From Candidatus Poribacteria bacterium (GTDB taxonomy: Bacteria; Poribacteria; WGA-4E; WGA-3G), in NCBI GenBank assembly GCA_963663765.2, contig CAXXUA010000005.1:544001-608000 (forward strand): a DNA stretch of 64,000 nucleotides. The letters run 5' to 3'. The notes beneath the pieces are model-generated. The model saw only the letters and a list, made by a program, of their open reading frames with translations, searched no databases and had not been told where the DNA came from. Numbering within the stretch: the stretch's first letter is position 1; every line of letters begins with the position of its first letter. The position numbers were made by a program, and so were the translations under genes. Shown in pieces: positions 62,018 through 64,000 of the stretch.

Positions 62018-63232
62018 TTATTGTGGTAACACTTTCAACCAATTTCCATCGTTGGTGTATTGTTTCTCAACACGGACATTTGACCACCAAGAGTGTTCAC
62101 CTGTCCGTTGGTGTTTCCTGCTGAAGTTAATTCCCATCTGGACCGGTTTGGTAGTTTTAGGATGACCCAACATATTCCATGGGATTTCCATCTCAACGAT
62201 CCATCCATCATCAACGATCTTGGCTGAAGCTTTCCAACGGTCAACCAATTCAGATGCATTCAAAGTCTTATCTGCAAATTGGACATATTTTTTTCCAAGT
62301 GGGTTTACCATGAATTTTGTACGCATTTTTGAATTATCTGTATACATTGTGTCAATGCTAAAACAAACTGAATCTTCTTTTTCAAAAGGCACTTGATCTT
62401 TCTTTTGACGAGATACTATTTTCTTCGGTTCTGAATCGTAGTTATACCATGCTAAATAGATTGCTTTATCGGTATATACCATTTTGACCGTGGTTTGATC
62501 TTTTACCTGTTCCTGAGTGCTTATATGTGTGAAATTGTCAGCTTGTGGTGCAGTCTTCCAGCATATATCATCAAGCTGCCCATCAATTTCAGGTGGGTTT
62601 TCGACTTTCGCTGCAATCAAGTCTTTTTTGGCAATGTTTCCAATCGGATTTCCCTCTACTTTTAATTCCAACGTATCAAATATATCTAACTCTTTCATAC
62701 CGATTTTCATTATGTCTTCAAGCAATTCACTAATTCGTTCTGACGCGAGTGATCCCACTATATTAACAAATATGACTTCCTCAGGTTTTTCAGGTATGAT
62801 GATAGCAAATACTCCGTAGGCTACATCCTGATCAATAAAAAGACTGATTTCAACAAATTCATCTGAATCTTTAACTTTGACAAGAACTTCCCACTTGTCT
62901 TTTTTTAGTCTCTCTTGGTAGTATTGAACAATCTCATCTTCATTAACATCACGTCGATCATAGGATCGGACAAAAATACCAGTAATCATTTTTGCTATTT
63001 CTGATTCTTCTGATGTAGTTTTCATGGATTTGGTTAACAGACTGATTAGTTTCTCTGTCAAATTTACTTCAATCTTCGCTTCGGGAGCATTTGGAAAATC
63101 AAAGTCAATAAGACCTTTTTGCTCTGTTTCATCAGGCAACTCTTTTTCTGCTACTGCCTGATCAATAGGTATAATCCACAACGTTAATAAGCAGGACATT
63201 AGCATCAGAGTAAAGTGTCTATGCAGTTTCAT
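62018..63232 (-). CDS. Secreted DUF4252-like plus CBM9-like sugar-binding domain protein
   Basis: N-half WEVLVKVK...FVNIVG; C-half PEIDGQLDD..W, DDGWIVEMEIPW, GINFSR. Confidence 0.7.
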   Translation of the reverse strand: MKLHRHFTLMLMSCLLTLWIIPIDQAVAEKELPDETEQKGLIDFDFPNAPEAKIEVNLTEKLISLLTKSMKTTSEESEIAKMITGIFVRSYDRRDVNEDEIVQYYQERLKKDKWEVLVKVKDSDEFVEISLFIDQDVAYGVFAIIIPEKPEEVIFVNIVGSLASERISELLEDIMKIGMKELDIFDTLELKVEGNPIGNIAKKDLIAAKVENPPEIDGQLDDICWKTAPQADNFTHISTQEQVKDQTTVKMVYTDKAIYLAWYNYDSEPKKIVSRQKKDQVPFEKEDSVCFSIDTMYTDNSKMRTKFMVNPLGKKYVQFADKTLNASELVDRWKASAKIVDDGWIVEMEIPWNMLGHPKTTKPVQMGINFSRKHQRTGEHSWWSNVRVEKQYTNDGNWLKVLPQ

Positions 63233-63246
63233 GCTGTTTCTCCTTT

Positions 63247-63768
63247 TTATATATCTTCCATGAATTCTGGTGCGGATTCTATGATTTTTCCCATGAGAGT
63301 ACCCAGTTTTTCAAAATCAATCTTACCGTAAACATTTGCATAAGCAGTAAGATGTTGATCAGTGTATGAAATAAAAACTCCATTTACTATTCCGGGAGCA
63401 TCCGCGAAGAGAAGGCTGACACTGAATTTGTCCTTGATCTTGAGTAGATCCTCCCATTTTTCCATCTTGAGGACGTTTTTATAATGATCCGCCATATTAG
63501 TTGAGTTTATAGCCTTATTGTCATAAATACGGATAAAAACACCATCTATCATATCCGTATATTTAGCATACTCAACAATTGCAGTATTATTTTCATGAGA
63601 ACTGATAAGAAGGTTGAAAAATGTTTTGTTTAAGTTGAGTTCAAGAGTAGGTTTCGGAGTGTTTTGCAGGCTCATCTCTATTTTGCCACGTATTGTTTCA
63701 TTCCCAGCTATTCCGCTGCTAAAAATGCAGAATACTAAAGTTAGGGTGATAAGGTTAAGCCGTTTCAT
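63247..63768 (-). CDS. DUF4252-like secreted protein
   Basis: Paralogous to the N-half of 62018-63232; ANVYGKID. Confidence 0.65.
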   Translation of the reverse strand: MKRLNLITLTLVFCIFSSGIAGNETIRGKIEMSLQNTPKPTLELNLNKTFFNLLISSHENNTAIVEYAKYTDMIDGVFIRIYDNKAINSTNMADHYKNVLKMEKWEDLLKIKDKFSVSLLFADAPGIVNGVFISYTDQHLTAYANVYGKIDFEKLGTLMGKIIESAPEFMEDI

Positions 63769-64000
63769 TGTGTTTTATCTCCTTGTTTTGGTAAGTTAGG
63801 TTTATTAGAATAATTAGAATGACCATTGGTGTTAGTCATAATTGTATCTGAATTCAGAACATCACCAGTAAGACGATTTAGTATGCCTAAACTCATATTG
63901 ATTGCTGATGAAATTTTTGATGTCGATTGTATAGCACGACGTTGCACTTCATCTAACTTGATAGAATCGATTCTTTCGTTAACAGCAATACCAGTTTTTT
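63765..64000 (-). CDS. Partial hypothetical protein (continues beyond the window)
   Basis: Frame stays open to the window edge; stop overlaps the next ATG. Confidence 0.55.
   Translation of the reverse strand, partial: KTGIAVNERIDSIKLDEVQRRAIQSTSKISSAINMSLGILNRLTGDVLNSDTIMTNTNGHSNYSNKPNLPKQGDKTQ

Noticed and set aside
1-64000. tRNA, rRNA, integrase or prophage genes
   Set aside because: None recognisable by eye

Overview
AT-rich (roughly 38% GC by eye) bacterial chromosomal segment. It is most likely from Candidatus Poribacteria; this is inferred from the WD40 repeat proteins, a LamG protein ending in a 'VDP..KLTTRWG.IK' tail, PhyH paralogs and many long ECF sigma fusions. Housekeeping and metabolic genes include glnS-gltX, glmM, a yvcK-like gene, an acyl-CoA synthetase, a DAG-kinase family gene, an S8 protease, serine hydrolases, a sulfatase-like gene, UbiA and an S9 peptidase. 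They are separated by intergenic regions densely packed with nested MITEs and GTAG-type REP hairpins. Accessory content: two IS200/IS605 elements with TnpB (one also has TnpA) flanking a fic gene that is bracketed by palindromic repeats, a Dam-like methylase with a decayed endonuclease, and decayed two-gene surface-protein cassettes. The most notable observations are: (1) an ECF sigma factor fused to an FtsZ GTPase domain that lacks the T7 loop and C-terminal domain; (2) four ECF sigma fusions that all carry an in-frame Shine-Dalgarno plus ATG just after region 4, with candidate ECF-type promoters upstream; (3) an orphan TnpB omegaRNA/right-end relic at the junction of a tandem duplication, whose predicted guide matches the neighbouring intact sigma gene; (4) a dispersed 32-bp REP-derived tandem-repeat module. 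No CRISPR array, rRNA or tRNA was seen. All coordinates and identities were read by eye.
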